Shown here: piece after piece, positions 1-26,939 of the stretch
Numbering within the stretch: the first letter of the stretch is position 1
How the letters are laid out: each line of letters starts with the position of its first letter
Origin: Schmidtea polychroa
Taxonomy: Eukaryota
Direction: 5' to 3'
Assembly (NCBI GenBank): GCA_044892525.1
Contig: CM097885.1
Span: forward strand, 1,676,001 to 1,740,000
Length of the DNA: 64,000 nucleotides
Notes under the pieces: generated by a model
What the model was told of the DNA's origin: nothing
Seen by the model: only the letters and a program-made list of their open reading frames with translations
The model's database searches: none
Translations under genes and position numbers: made by a program

Positions 1-61
1 AATAATCATTTATAATAATCAATAATAATCAACAATAATAATAATCAATAATAATCAATAC

Positions 62-11118
<11,057 letters not shown>

Positions 11119-11439
11119 TTTATGAATGGATTTTAATTAAATTTTATAAATTATAAAATTTTGTATTTGGTTAAATTATAGATTTTAAAATTCAATTTAA
11201 ATACGTTCACAAACATTTCAGAATTATTAAAACAAAATGTCAAATTGATGAAATTTTTTGCGGTTAAATCGTGAATTAAAATTGTTAACAAATTATTTAG
11301 ATTCAAATTACTAATGAAATACATTTAGGTACCTGGTGTGTTTTTAAACTTAAAATTACATATTGCTGTTTTGATTCTCATCGATTACTGCTCGTTGTTG
11401 TTTGATATTATGGATCAGGGTCTTCACGAATTCAGGACT

Positions 11440-12005
11440 CAACATATATGTCGCAAATTGTATTTGCAATAGTCATCGGCCCTTAACTGGAATTAGTCAA
11501 ATCATACCCATTATATCATATTATCCATGGCATTTAGTTCAGAATGATAGCATAGATCTGAGAAATTACGCCAATTTTTATGATAGATATGGTTGGATCC
11601 TAAATATACTCGATTGCTATTCAAAATTTCTTTTTCCGGTCCCTCTCATATCAAAAACATCTGAAAACGCAAAAATGCGTTAAAACAACAAATCGACAGA
11701 AAAGGAGCTCCTCGAAATATTTAAACGAATAATGGGAAGAAATTTAATAATCCACAGCACAATAACTTTTTAAAAGATCTCAATGTTGAATTTAAACGTG
11801 TCCCGCCAAGACATCCACAAAATTGAGGCAGATTGAGCGAGAAAATCAGACACTGGTCAGAAAAATTGCTAAAGAACTGTCCGAAATTTCTGAAAAGCGT
11901 TGATTAGGTATACTTCCAGATATTACGTTCAAATATAACACAACTTGGCATCGGACAATTAATAAAACGCCAATGAAAGCTTTTAGAAATAGAACAGGAT
12001 TTAAT
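11440..12005 (+). pseudogene. Degenerate rve-type DDE integrase (Ginger/Gypsy-like)
   Basis: PWHLVQNDSIDL...WILNILDCYSKFLFPVPLISKTSE, then after frameshifts/stops NNGKKFNN, RHPQN*.QIERENQTL and YNTTWHRTINKTP. Confidence 0.75.
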
Positions 12006-14416
12006 AGATAGAATAGTACCAGTAAATAGGAATTGTGATGAAATTGAGGAACTTGAAAAGTATTCTGATTTTATGGGTAATTTAATTCCTTTTGAGAATT
12101 TATTGGATGAAGATAAATAAATACAACTGACCGAAACGGTTTTGGAAACAAATAGTCCAATATTAACTGTAAATTATGAATATCACGAAAGATATATTTT
12201 ACGAATGCAGCAAGACGTAGCTGTGCATTATCACAGCATTTTACTTCAAAAAGACTTTGACATGTATTCAGAAACACGAATAAGAAAGATGGAAGATTTT
12301 TCTGAAGAACGAACATGGATTATAGTTGAGAGTGGATCTGATAAATTTAAAATTGAAAAACGCGGTAATCAATTAATTAAAAAGATTGTTTGTAAAAACA
12401 GACTTAAAAAAATAAAACTTTTAATTAAGTAAAAATTGTTTTAAAAACTTATAATTTCTAATTTACTCTGTTTTTATGTATTTTATATTTGTTCATTAAT
12501 TCATTAATTATGTAGGAACAAAATCATAATCGGAAAACATATTTATTGAATTCCACATTTTTTGTACAAAGTGTATCTCGTTCATGCGAATTTCTGAATG
12601 ACATTTCATTTCATTGAATAAGAGTCTCTTGATTTCAGATTTTTTTGATATTCAATTGCGATGGTCCAGTCCGTGATCCGAACGTAATTGCTAATTTGAA
12701 CTCAACGTATCCATTGACTGCATGTTCTATGATCTGACGATGAGTAGGAGTACCACCAGCAGCACTACAAGATTGATCGTTTGTAATATCTATTCTATAT
12801 ACGGGTGAGACATTTCGTTGATCCACAAATTGTTCCTATTACAGAGTTTTGAACACATTTTTTATTGATTAAAAGATGGAGTGGTTTGAAAGAAAGTGTA
12901 TATATAAGAATATTAAAACAATGTATTTTAATTTAATTAATTTAATAATAGATTTGCAATTTAATTGTTAAATTAATATATTTTAATGCAAATAATAATT
13001 ATTTAAAATGCAAACAGCCCCAGCGAACGACAAGAAATTGTGGAAGGGAAGTTGGAAAGGAAAGGATTTAGGGAATTAAAAATGTGTCCACTCGTAGCAA
13101 TGAAAAAATGGCATAACTTCATTTTGTTAATTTGATATTAATCACTTGCGCGATTTTGTGAATAAATTTATTATATTATCGTTATTATTTGAATCTATTG
13201 TTCGGGAGAGAATTAAAAATTAATTAAATGTGAAGGTGATTCCATTTGGGGATCCATCAAAGAAAGAACAATGAAGTTAAGGATTCCAAGCGTTAGGATG
13301 ATTAGCAATAAAATGAAATCGAGATAATGGCGAAAATTAACAACAATTAATAAAGGATATTAATCTAATCGCGATGATTCGACTGAAAGCACTTATCACT
13401 TTGTTTCGCACTTTTTCTAAATTTTTAAAATTAGTTTTCATAAAATGTTTTGACCGGGTAAATCAAAGTAGACGGCAATAATCAGGAAACTCGGGGAAAT
13501 CCAACGATAAGGTGACAAGAGAAATTAGGTGTTATACCTCCTACGGTAGCTCGTCGGGCCATTAGCAGTTCTTATGGTAGAGCTCATCTTTTGACAACAG
13601 CCACCCACTAAATTGTAGTACCAATGTCGCTTGCGACGGTCATTTAGTGGCAGATTAAAATAATTATGCGTGGTTCCTAAATGAGGGGAATATAGCGAAA
13701 GTGCCAAATAGATAAGTGTCCGACAGCAAAGTATTCTCCCCATAGGTAACCCACCAAAACATTCTTCAACCATTCTGTCAATACTAGCTGAATTGCATTT
13801 CTTTATATAGATAACGTATTTCCACCAATCACTCCTCATCAGTCCGATTTTTTGAAGCAAATTAAATCATTATTATAATAAATTTCTGAGCCCTTGGTAT
13901 CGATTTTTACAAAATTTAATTTGAAATCATTAGTTTTCCCTGTTTGACAAGTCAATATTTAAATTCTGTCACTTGCAGATTTCTTATCAATTTTTAATTA
14001 TCAAATCATTTCCTATCCTAACTGACCCCCGAGACATGAGAGGCCCTCTGCCTCCCTCACTCACTACTCCACTGCCTTCTATTAATTTCCCACGTAATTA
14101 ATTGATTCTCGATTTTTCACATTTTTTATTAATTTTTTACACTAGGTAAGGACTAATAGACTTGTCCTAAGTCAAACAAATTGATTCGTCGCTGATCGAG
14201 CCAATTCACGTGAACTACGCTGGATCATTTACAATGTCCTTGTTGCACGCAAATCAAACTATTTTCGCTTTTGCATGTTTCAATGCTTCCAAGGAGATTT
14301 CTTTTTGACTTTTTAATTTATTTAAATCAGTCTGTTTAATAACTGACTGAGTGTGAAAGTGATTGATTTCTTTTTGATTTCCTATTGATTCCTATTGATT
14401 TCTTTTTGATCCAGTT

Positions 14417-14598
14417 TTGATTCCGTATTGATTCCGTATTGATTCCGTATTGATTCCGTATTGATTCCGTATTGATTCCGTATTGATTCCGTATTGATTC
14501 AGTATTGATTCCGTATTGATTCCGTATTGATTCCGTATTGATTCCGTATTGATTCCGTATTGATTCAGTATTGATTTCTGATTGATTTCTGATTGATT
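14417..14598. repeat. 11-bp minisatellite (ATTGATTCCGT)n
   Basis: About 14 near-perfect tandem units with degenerate flanks. Confidence 0.95.
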
Positions 14599-14868
14599 TT
14601 TGATGTGAATATCAATTGTTGTATATATTGTGTACCGAAAAAGGCTTGCAGAATCGGAGTGAGTAGCTCAGGTGCAGCCCTCCCCTTCCCTTGGGAGAAC
14701 GCTTAATTTATTATGAAATGAAACAGTTATATGATTTATTCATTTACTACTTATTAATTGGTAAAGTAAACTTTTAAACAAAAATAATTTATTTTAGAAA
14801 ATGAATCAATGAAAGCTTTTGCACAAGATTAGAATCACTGGAAATAATTATTATAATAATTATTATAG

Positions 14869-15265
<397 letters not shown>

Positions 15266-15431
15266 GAACATTATGATGAAGGGCGAAATAAATCATGATG
15301 AGTGAAATTAATAATTTAGCAAATGTGTAAATCTACAAGTGAGCTTGGTCCTGGGGGGTACACAAATGAAATAAGGCATAAATCACAGTGAATTCACTAT
15401 TTGACATTTTCTACTTTTCACTTCTTCCATT

Positions 15432-18400
15432 TTAGCTTACCATCGTTGACAATTCCGAATTTTTGTTCGTTTGTACGAGTAAGAATTTTTCATTGTCCAT
15501 GAAATCCTGATCCTGGTACTTATCTTGATACTTCTCAAACAGCTTTGACACGATATTCCCTGTAACCAAGTCCCCGGAATTCAGATTGATCATATAGAGA
15601 AGGAAGATTCCGTCCAACCTAAGGAATTCTGAACAAAATTTCTCAACTACACAAGATTTGCTGACATTATGACTGTGAAGCAGTAGATGCTTCTTGACCT
15701 CATTGTAATGCCTGGAAGGAACAAAGAGCCGGAACATCCAAGTGAGTAATGAAAACGATGTGAAGATTGCCACCAGGACAATCCAAAACCAAAGGAAAAT
15801 ATAAATCTTTTCGATAAAGAGATTGGCCGTCAAGACGCATTGGGCAGCGACTAAGTTCACGGTTCCCAATTGTTTTAATCGGGCTACACAATAGGTGACT
15901 CTTGGGAATATGTTGGTGATTTCCCAGTTTTGGCCTTTGATGATGTTCTTTGCTATTTCCAGGCCGAAATTTGAGCTGTAATCCTCATGATTGTTTAGTT
16001 GAAGGAAATGTTGCATGAGATATATCTGACCGATGCTATTCACTAGGTAAAGGCATTTCATCATAAGGTAGCCACAACTGAGCCAAGTTGCAAAGCGCTT
16101 GCTGATAACGAAACATTTCATTATTCGGTAAAGTTTCACTTTCAGTTTGTGAAAGAATCCCTTCCGATACTCTCGGTGCTGAAAAGGTAAATAGATATCA
16201 TTAGAATATTTATATTCATCAGACATTCTCCCTGGGATGCAGCACACATATCATTGGGTAATTTCCTATTTCATATTAAAAGCAATATAAAATGAAAGCA
16301 GCCATTTTGATATTTGAGGCATAAGGGAGGCATTGAAGCTTGAATTGTCAGAATATGGTCCTATATTTCATTGGTTACCCTCTACCAGATGTCCATTAGG
16401 TGAACCTTATACCTTGTGGAACAGGTAAAAGCTTTGTATGTATGCCTAACTGATTTTTCAAAAGAGCGTCTATTTTATATGATTGGCTATGAGATTCTTA
16501 CCAATCGCAATTCCTACCAATCACAATTCCTACCAATCACAATTCCTACCAATCGTAATTCCTACCAATCACAATTCCTAACAATCGTAATTCCTACTAA
16601 TCATAATTCCTACCAATCACAATTCCTACCAATCACAATTCCTACCAATCGTAATTCCTACCAATCATAATTCCTACCAATCGCAATTCCTACCAATCAC
16701 AATTCCTACCAATCACAATTCCTACCAATCGCAATTCCTACCAATCGCAATTCCTACCAATCGTAATTCCTACCAATCACAATTCATACCAATCGCAATT
16801 CCTACCAATCATAATTCCTACCAATCACAATTCCTACCAATCGCAATTCCTACCAATCGCAATTCCTACCAATCGCAATTCCTACCAATCGCGCAATTCT
16901 TACCAATCACAATTCCTACCAATCGCGCAATTCTTACCAAGATATATTCCTTTTTTTTTACCATCACACAAACTTATTATTGAGAATGAATAAATCAGAA
17001 AATAAACATTCAAATAAATTTTGCTTGTGTAGGAATCAAATTTTGTTATCTTTGACACATATTTTTTATTCTTTCATTTTTTGATAGAAATTCTTTTCGT
17101 TATATTGTGCTTGACGTAGGTCATATGTGCAATGAATGACATGTGTGTGGGGAGTGGAGTGGAGGGGGGTACGTTGCCTAGCACTAGAATAAGTCAGGTG
17201 TGCAATGAATGACACGTGTGTGGGAGGGGAGTATTGGGGTGTGGTCCAGCACTAGAATAAGTCAGGTGTGCAATGAATGACATGTGTGTGGGAAAGAGGG
17301 AGCGGAGGGATAGGTTACCCTTTTTGTCTCCCTTTCAATACCCACAGAATATGCTTAAACTCTGTCGCAACAGAAAGTTATTGTGCTCTATATAAAAGTT
17401 ACAACTTGTTAACACTTAATAAAGTGAAAATAATAAACGATTTTAAGTTTACCGCCACTTGAATTATTTATGCCTCATTATGGCTTGCCTTTTTGTTAGT
17501 AATCCAGTTCATCTCAACGGTAGCGCCAGCCATGCTTAGTGAACAGAGTCAAATTGACATCTAAGAAAATGTGATATTTTCATTAATATTTTTCATGATT
17601 TTCTCTTTACAGAGAATTGTCGATGACATTGTTGAACTCAATTTGATCTTCGAGACGATATTCTACCGACAGTATGGCTAGATTTCTTAATCACAAAGTA
17701 CTCATTGTAGATCTTAATAAGTTGCTAGCCCCCCTCCACCCACCATAGCTAGACTCTTGCGGTCATGTTTACTAAGTCGGTATTTGCATGCTCGCGTAAA
17801 GAACTAATCTTACAGCAAACATAATTTGTTTTGAAATAATGTCTAATTATTGAATTATTATGAATCGCAAAGCCATGCTCGGTGCATTTATGCGCCTTTG
17901 ATTATGTGAAACATGGTTGGGGGGCTCATATTTCTGAGCTACTATTTATAAGCGAAAGAGTAACAGATAAAGGCAATACTAATACGAGTCTAAAACCGCT
18001 TTACCAAGTATGGGGCGAGGACAGGAAGGATAATTTGAACTGATAGGATAAGTGGTTAACCATTTTCAATTGATAAATCTACAATGTAAATAATGAATGT
18101 AGCAATAAATTTGGAGTGGGAAATATAAAAATTTCTATCTAAATATCTATTTGTTGCCATCACTAAGGCTCATTAGGCGCCTTTATCAAACCTATTTATT
18201 GTGGATAAGCCTGAATGTATGGGTGTTGCTAGAATTGTATTGCTCCCCTACACTAGCAATTTGCTAGAATCGAATCTTTCATTTATTTTCATTATGACTA
18301 TAGATCAGAAATCAATATCACATGCAATATCAATTTATCAATCGATTTCATCTAATATCAAAGGAAGCGCGCAAAAGTTTTGTTATCGAATAAATTTATT

Positions 18401-20326
18401 TTTGATCTAATCACAATAAAAATAAATGAAATATGAAAAGAAAATATATCAAAGGTGAACAAAAAAATTAATTATTTCAATTATATGACTGAATTTATTT
18501 TCCGTATTATGCAGATATAATATCATTTTAATTAATAATATCATTATTTTATTTATTACTTTTTAATTTATTATATTTTTTATATATTGTCAGTTATTCT
18601 CAAGGTCAATGACAACCGGTAAAATTGATGATTTCATTGATTTCTTCTTTAGTGTTGATTTTTGGCTGTCTGTTTATGATGAGAATTGCTTCTTTGAATC
18701 TGACATTTTTCTTTTGGATGTTTCCATTAGCTATGATTTCTATTGAAATATTTTTTCTTTTATTGTTATTTTTTATCACATTGTTATTATATTGTTATCA
18801 TATTGTATATCAAATAAATATTACTTTTCAATAATAAATAATAATTGCATTGTTTTATGCAATGTAATCTCCACGTGTAATCTCTACCGACAAAAGCGAA
18901 TGTTTTATCTATTTATTATTGTTATAATAGCTGCAATGTTTAAAACAAATAAATAAATCAAATTTACTATAATTGGCATCGGGCCCTAAAATAATCCCGA
19001 ATGAGGGGGGGGGGGTTATCATTGGTATTTTCCATTGTAATTTATTGTGGCTTTCATTTATTTCAATCAGTTATTTACCGTGTCATTATTGCCTGATGTA
19101 TAGAAACGATACATTTTACAGGACATTGACCATGACCATTGCCAATAAGTGTCTACCGCATTCGATATTTCCTGAGGAATTGAGAAAATTAATGAAAGGA
19201 TGGTGTAAAGAGGACTTCCTTGACAATGAGACAATTAGAATTATTAACAAATTAATGAAATCCATTATGAAAGTTTAGGTAATGGAAATAATGAACGTTA
19301 GGTACAAGGGTTATTGCAAGAATAAAGCATAGTTAGGTAACAAACGAGCCCTATAAGCATTTTGCCTTTCACAGTTTCAATGTCAAATTCTGTTTGCCTT
19401 ATTGTTGTTTGCGGCTGTCAAAGAAGTCATAGGAATGACATAATAAGGCATATCTTCTGGTTACCTGAAATTCAGTTTCTAGTTCAAGCCTTTCAATGAT
19501 GATCAGAGTCACGCGCTAATTCTAACTTTCAATTTCTATATAAACCTTTACTTGTAATGTTATTAGCTTCTCAAATGTTGCAACTTCTCAAAATTCTGAA
19601 CACCTTTCTTTCTACTTTTGCTTGTTTCGATAATTTCCTTGGGTCCCCCCGCCCTTCAGTTTGACTAAGGTATTCTGCATGAATAAGGCATTCTGCATGA
19701 CTCATTTAGTACGGGTTCAAAATACAAATTCTTTGTAGTGAAATGAACTTTTAAGGTCAAAAGGGGGAAATGTCGATTGGATTACCTGGACCAACCAATG
19801 TTCAATCATTGAGGCGGTTTTGTCCGGGTCAGTTTTCTCTGAAATCTTTACCAGATGTTTGACATTCAATCCTGTTACGTTGAGACATATCACGGTCCAT
19901 AGGATTTTCGGCAGATGGAAGAGAGTGGCTTGAAACAGTAGCATAAAAGGCACCCATTGATAATAAACTAAAAATATTTAAATAGTAAAATTGTGATGTA
20001 TAGGAATTTGGCTTACCAATTCTAGATCTTTCAAACTCTTTCCAATCTTGGTCCTTCTGGGGAATTTTCAATTCATCGACGCTCATCGTTCCGCGGACCC
20101 AACAATAGTTCTCAACAAATTTCAGAACGTTTTCTCCTCCTGGTGAATGGGCCATGTAACATGTAATCGGGTCCATGACATATTCCCGCATCGTGACGAT
20201 CAGGCTGCAAGCAATAAGCAATATGCAACTAGCTATGAAACTCATCTTATCTACAAAGTCCTCCAATCCTTTATAGTTGAGAACTGGAAGACTTGAAATC
20301 TTGTCAACAACATCAAACGTACCCAT
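15432..20326 (-). CDS. inx: Innexin (gap-junction protein), 3 exons, ~412 aa
   Basis: Exons 20326-20017, 19967-19786, 16178-15432 joined by GT-AG introns in frame. Motifs: EDFVDK, DPITCY, ENYCWVRGT, YYQWVPFMLLFQA, IFPRVTYC, QCVLTANLFIEKIYIFLWFW, FLRLDGIFLL. Confidence 0.95.
16495..16940. repeat. 16-bp minisatellite (AATTCCTACCAATCRC)n in innexin intron
   Basis: About 27 tandem units. Confidence 0.96.
17118..17310. repeat. Three ~70-bp tandem units
   Basis: GTGCAATGAATGACAYGTGTGTGGG recurs three times; AGCACTAGAATAAGTCAGGT recurs twice. Confidence 0.8.
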
Positions 20327-20539
20327 TGATGAAATAACAATACGAAGTGCAAATCGAATTATATATGTATGAATATGCAAATAATTAAGCGAATTCGACA
20401 GATGTGTGCTCCGTCCGCGTATTCACACTCAGTTGCGGAGGTCAAGTGGCTAACGTACGTGCGTTGAAGTTGATATTCAGATATCGGTTCGTGAATGCAT
20501 TTTACAATCAGGGAAATTTCAATATGTGAGTGTCACAAA

Positions 20540-20670
20540 AATTAATTAATTATTAATTAATTAATTAATTAAATTATTAATTAATTAATTAATTAAATTA
20601 TTAATTTATTAATTAATAAAATTATTAATTAATTAATCAATTAAATAATTAATTAATTAATTAATTAATA
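20540..20670. repeat. (TTAA)n low-complexity tract upstream of innexin
   Basis: AATT/TTAA tandem array. Confidence 0.9.
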
Positions 20671-22005
20671 TTGTGAAACATTTACTTCTTTACACAAATT
20701 CATACTTTTTGTCTTGTCAGGCACTCCTGATGGCAGCCATTCTGATATGGAAGGCTAAATAGGAATAGCAGGCTGAAATTCAGTAATGTTTAGCGTCGCA
20801 GGTCTCTTTACAAATGGATATAATGGCAATGAATGTCTTGATGAGAGTTACACATAATGATGCTAGGTCAGCTATCACGGTCACATTTGCACCGTCTAGG
20901 TGTATCCTACTTTTATTATCACCAAATGAATTCTTATTTGCTCTTTATAAGAGCTTAGTACGACTTATTTGGAGATTTGATAAGGAATGTATTTGTAATG
21001 TTATGGGATGTGGTGAGTGAGAGAATGAATGAGAAGGTGCTGGAGAAGGTGAGGGAGGTGAGGGAGATGTGAGGGAGAGGTGTAGGAGAAGATGAGGGAG
21101 TTACGGGGTAATTAATTGGGGGGGGGGTGCTATCAAATACAAAATATCAACATTACAAGTGCAGAACATATAATTAATTGTGAAATAAAAATAAATACAT
21201 AATCATATCAATTTGGTTTAGCCGATTGGTAGATCAAATCTGTAACTTGATCGGCCGATGTAACAATCGAAGAACAATTTTGATCCAAGTTTCAAATGAC
21301 ATAACCGTGTGTAAGAATGCGGCAACATTTACGATGAGTAACATGATGTTGAGGGATAAAATGGGATCTGTTCCGCATGCGTCCCACCACAAGCTAATGG
21401 CAGCTCGCTAATGAGAGTCTTATTCTCAGGCATCAGGCAAGCTTTGACGAGATTATGTGAGAAAATTGGCTTTTAATCTCATTTATCAGATTGACAGTGA
21501 GACAGTTATCTAGGAATTTGCCTAGGGAAATTGTTGGCTACCTCTGAATAGAAAGGCGAATCAGATCAAGTGCCATCCTCACAATGCAATAATCTCCTCT
21601 CGTTTGAAATTTGAATAAAGACTGGAACTGAGGTAGCAAATATTATTATTATCATAATAATTATTATTTATTATGATGTAGTGAAATGTCTATGGTAGAA
21701 AATGTTATTGATTTTTTTTGAAGGAACAATCAATTTACGTGCCAAGTCAACCGAATCAGGAAATAAATCGCTTCGCCCGACAGAAATAGTAAAAGACCCA
21801 AAACTTTGTTCATCATTACAAATATTTGATGCGCCCTCTATTCGGATTACCAGAACAAGCTCCATTGCGGTGAAGCATGAAATACGAACTTTGCACCATG
21901 ACACTTGCATATGCCAGAAATTCTGATGCCATATTCGTAAAGGCTGTAACCAGACAAATTGGTCACAACCTTCTACGAATGAGGAGTCATTTTTGGTGAA
22001 TCATT

Positions 22006-23284
<1,279 letters not shown>

Positions 23285-24764
23285 GATAATAAAGTGAAAC
23301 TTCCTTGCCGTTGTGACTGCCAATGTTGAAGAGAAATTATTTACCGAAACTATATGGGAAATTCGCGTTGCCTGCCAAATTTGGTTGCCATAGATATAAA
23401 ATTCACAAACAAGGAGAAATTTCTTATCGAAATGAAAACGAAATGTATCACTATCTAGTATTTTGCCTGGCTCTCCCTGGGTCACCATTTACCATTTAGT
23501 TGTCATTTGTCATATATAATCACGATTATATCCGTCCTCACTGCCGAGGCCCTTACATCAGGGGTTCAGGAATTCAAGTAATTATCATTAGGAGGGATAG
23601 ATGACATTCAGCTTCATAGCTAGCAAGGCTTATTGAATTTATTCTAGGACAAAGAGTGACAAATACGAAATGTTTCTGACCACCTAGTGAAGGTCAGTGA
23701 AGGTCAGTGAAGAATCAGGAATTTGGCCTTTCAAGTACCGATATCAAATTCCAGTATTAAATTTGAAATTTGTTCTCGAATCTTGATACTGATCGTTACG
23801 CGCTCACGAACCAAATCGTTTGCGTTCGCAAATTTGCATTTATGTCGGTGTCATTTCACAATGACGCAACTATCGACATGCCGTAGAGATTCACATAAAT
23901 ATTTCACTCGTTTTGAGCAAATCTTGAATTTTCATCACCGTAAAAATTTACCTGCAATGAGTTGTGGCCATCCGTCAAATTTGAGTGGGTGGGCCTTAGA
24001 TAATACTCAGCAGTTAATTGACCCCCTTGGAATCGAATGTTATAATTTTGCCTCTATCAAGTCATGCTAATCTGAATTTGATTTGAGCTATATTTTACAA
24101 CGGAGCATGGTCTTGGGCTATGATAAAAATGATGCTTATAGGGAATGCGAGATAGAGATCAACATGGCCTGACGTGTCACAATGCATATTACTATTCAGA
24201 AAGCCGCAAAACCTTCCTTGGTAGGTTATATTTCTATTCAGAATGAGAGTTTTATTAGGTTCAAGCCTTCTTTATATGCCGATGAGTATAGTAAAATATG
24301 AAAGACCCTTTAACATTTTTTTAGTGAGACTCCTTTGAAAAGACTCACCTAAAGACAGGATTGGTGACGGGATTACTGAATCATTTGCACCGCTGTAAGA
24401 TTGAGGTCCTCTTGTAGAATTAGATGTTGCTGTTAGGCAAAACTATAAATCCTAACCCTAACCATCCACTCATATTATCCGCTAGGTGGCATTTATAAAT
24501 ATTATTTGATCTACAAAAAAACATTAATATCTATTATAAGGACTTTTTTCAAATTTTACCACTGATTTCTTTTCCAATTGTGTTTATTATGAATCGCCTT
24601 CAAGCTTTTTAATAAATTAATTTCTAGTTTAAATGTATTATTGTAACTTGAATGGTATTATTAACATATTTTCTGATACCTTCACAATATGTTCACCTTC
24701 TCCTTCATATAATTATACAATGAGCAGATCCAAAAGTGGCAAAAGGCCAATGAAAAATTCGCTA

Positions 24765-25020
24765 ATAATAATAATTAGTTAAACATACATGGCAATGATT
24801 TAATTATAAGATAACGCCAATCAAACATTCTTTTCACGATATATTTCGACAGTTTTCCTGTCATCATCAGGTGGGATATAATAACTATGTAAATTATGGA
24901 TTTGTTTAAAATTTGTTTAAAATCCTTGATTTAATGAGTTATTATATCCCACCTGATGATGACAGGAAAACTGTCGAAATATATCGTGAAAAGAATGTTT
25001 GATTGGCGTTATCTTATAAT
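24765..25020. mobile_element. Penelope-like element end: inverted pseudo-LTR pair
   Basis: Perfect 84-bp inverted repeat (24803-24886 / 24937-25020), each arm carrying a hammerhead core; homologous to the tails that follow GIY-YIG remnants near 34560 and 35915. Confidence 0.8.
24948..24990 (+). ncRNA. Minimal type I hammerhead ribozyme (identical copy on - strand at ~24833-24875)
   Basis: CAC-CTGATGA-T-GACAG(GAAAA)CTGTC-GAAA-TAT-ATC^GTG: intact core, 5-bp stem II, palindromic ATATAT mini stem III, NUH = AUC, stem I CAC/GTG. Confidence 0.8.
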
Positions 25021-25398
25021 AATAATAATAATAATCTAATATATTTGCATTTCCATGTCCCCTGAGTCTGACACTGGCTATATTTCTGTTTGGGTTGGGT
25101 CCAACAGCGTTTGGGTCAGAACAATAGGAATTAGGTTATAATAATTGATAAATAATAAATAATTACTAAGAATAATAAATGGTTAAAAATAGAAATTTAT
25201 ATTTCCAAATGGTTAATCATGATGTTTAATGACTCACGTCTGTGTGAGGACCAACTAGAGGTGATGTTTTGTATTAATTTAATTGACGAATTGCACAATT
25301 ATTTTTAAATTAATTTTTTGGAACTTTGATGGATTTTGTTTAAACGAGATTTTTGTTAGCGAAATTTTAAAAATAAAGCTTTGTTTTTCGCTTCCATT

Positions 25399-25875
25399 AT
25401 GAATCAAACTGAACGTGTTAAATGGTTTAACTCAAAGAATGGATATGGATTCATTAGTAGTAGCTCTGAAGATATATTTGTTCATTTAAAATCTAATACA
25501 TTCGGCAATGCAATTTCAATAACTAATCGAGAAGTTCTTTTCAATATTCCCAAAGCTGACAGAGGATACATGACTCAAATTATGTTGGAGACATTTAATG
25601 CACCAATGATGTATGTTGCAATTCAAGCTGCTCTTTCTTTGTGGGCTTCAGGTTGTTCCTCGGGTATTGTTCTGTGATCCTATGGCGATTTATGAAAGTT
25701 GTGTATTACGTCATGCTATTTCTAGAATTAATTTAGCTGAATGAGACTTAACTGATCATATTCGTAAAGATTTATATTGAAATACAGTTTATCAAGTTGT
25801 TTGACAATGTATCCTAGTGTAGCTGTTCAAATACACATGTCAACTTTATTTCAAATTTCTATGGGAATTAAACAC
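25399..25875 (+). pseudogene. Chimeric intronless fragment: cold-shock domain fused to internally deleted actin
   Basis: [19 protein letters not shown] (CSD RNP1/RNP2) in frame with [35 protein letters not shown] (actin); later IYE..LRHAISRINLA..DLTDH, RKDLY and TMYPSVA with stops and deletions. Confidence 0.85.
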
Positions 25876-25974
25876 TAGATATAGGAAATAACTAAAAATA
25901 GAAATATAAAATTACTAAATATTAGAAAAATATATTTAAAGGAATTAACTATTTATAAAAATTTTGTATAAATA

Positions 25975-26939
25975 TGTTGAGGACACCTAAATGATAAATA
26001 ACATAATAAATAAATAAATTACCTGGGGGCAGATCACCATGACAAACGGGTTGATCTATGGGAACTCAGAAAAGAAAACTGAAGTAAAACGAAATTAAAA
26101 ATGAGAAAGATAAATCAAATAAAAGGAAACAAACAAGAAATTAAAACAAAGGTCATTGTTAATTAAGAAATACAAATGAAGATGGAATTTCAAATTCCAG
26201 AAAAATAATTTATGGGAAAAAGTCGTATTTTGACAGCTTCTCAAAGATAGCGAAATTTTCGGGAAAAGGCAGCTTAACAAAAAAGGAAAATGGAAAAATA
26301 TCTTGATATCTGTCAGAGATAAGGCTGACCTAGAGGAAAAGAAAAAATGGAAAACAGAATCTTTCGCCAGTGCCACAAGTGAAACAGATTATATAAAGCA
26401 AATCAGTTGACTGAGAAATCAGAACAAAAATAGAACGAAATTAGAAACAAAAGTTGAACAAAATTAGAGACAAAACCAAGAAAATGAGCGTAAAAAGTAG
26501 GATTAAAGTTTGAGAGTTAAAAAGGAGAATCAAATGGAGAATGTAAAGGAACATTTATAGTGAGAATTAAACAGAGTTCAGAACAGAGTGAAACGAGAAG
26601 TGAAGAGAATCTTTTGTAAAATTGAATATAAAGTGGAAGTGAAGTAAATAAATTAGTGGTCAAAGCAAATAGAACAATCGATCAACGTACCCTGTAATTG
26701 AGTAGTTGACGGCTAGTGATTATTTCTGTGATTACAGAAAGGGCTATTCTTCACGAAGTGTCGCAATAAGCTCTGTGTGATAAATTGGTTTATAGTTAAT
26801 TGGTTGTAATTGATTACGTGTGGATATTAATAAGGCTTATCGTGTTCAAGAGTGTTGAATTGTGAATTAATAAACACGCTTTGGAGTCAGAGTAAAAGTT
26901 TGAATTTACAAACATTATCACCAACTCAATAACCCAACA
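25975..26939 (+). mobile_element. Solo LTR (~965 bp)
   Basis: TGTTGAGG...AACCCAACA termini, TATATAAAGCAAA box, AATAAA near the 3' end, 4-bp flanks AATA/AACA; same termini and motifs as 44767-45825. Confidence 0.7.

Noticed and set aside
13525..13860. 111-aa ORF vaguely like a Merlin transposase N-terminus
   Set aside because: No DDE motifs or TIRs found.
24278..24310. Possible extra hammerhead CCGATGAG-TATA..TATG-AAAG
   Set aside because: Core is mutated (CCGA rather than CTGA) and the stems are weak.
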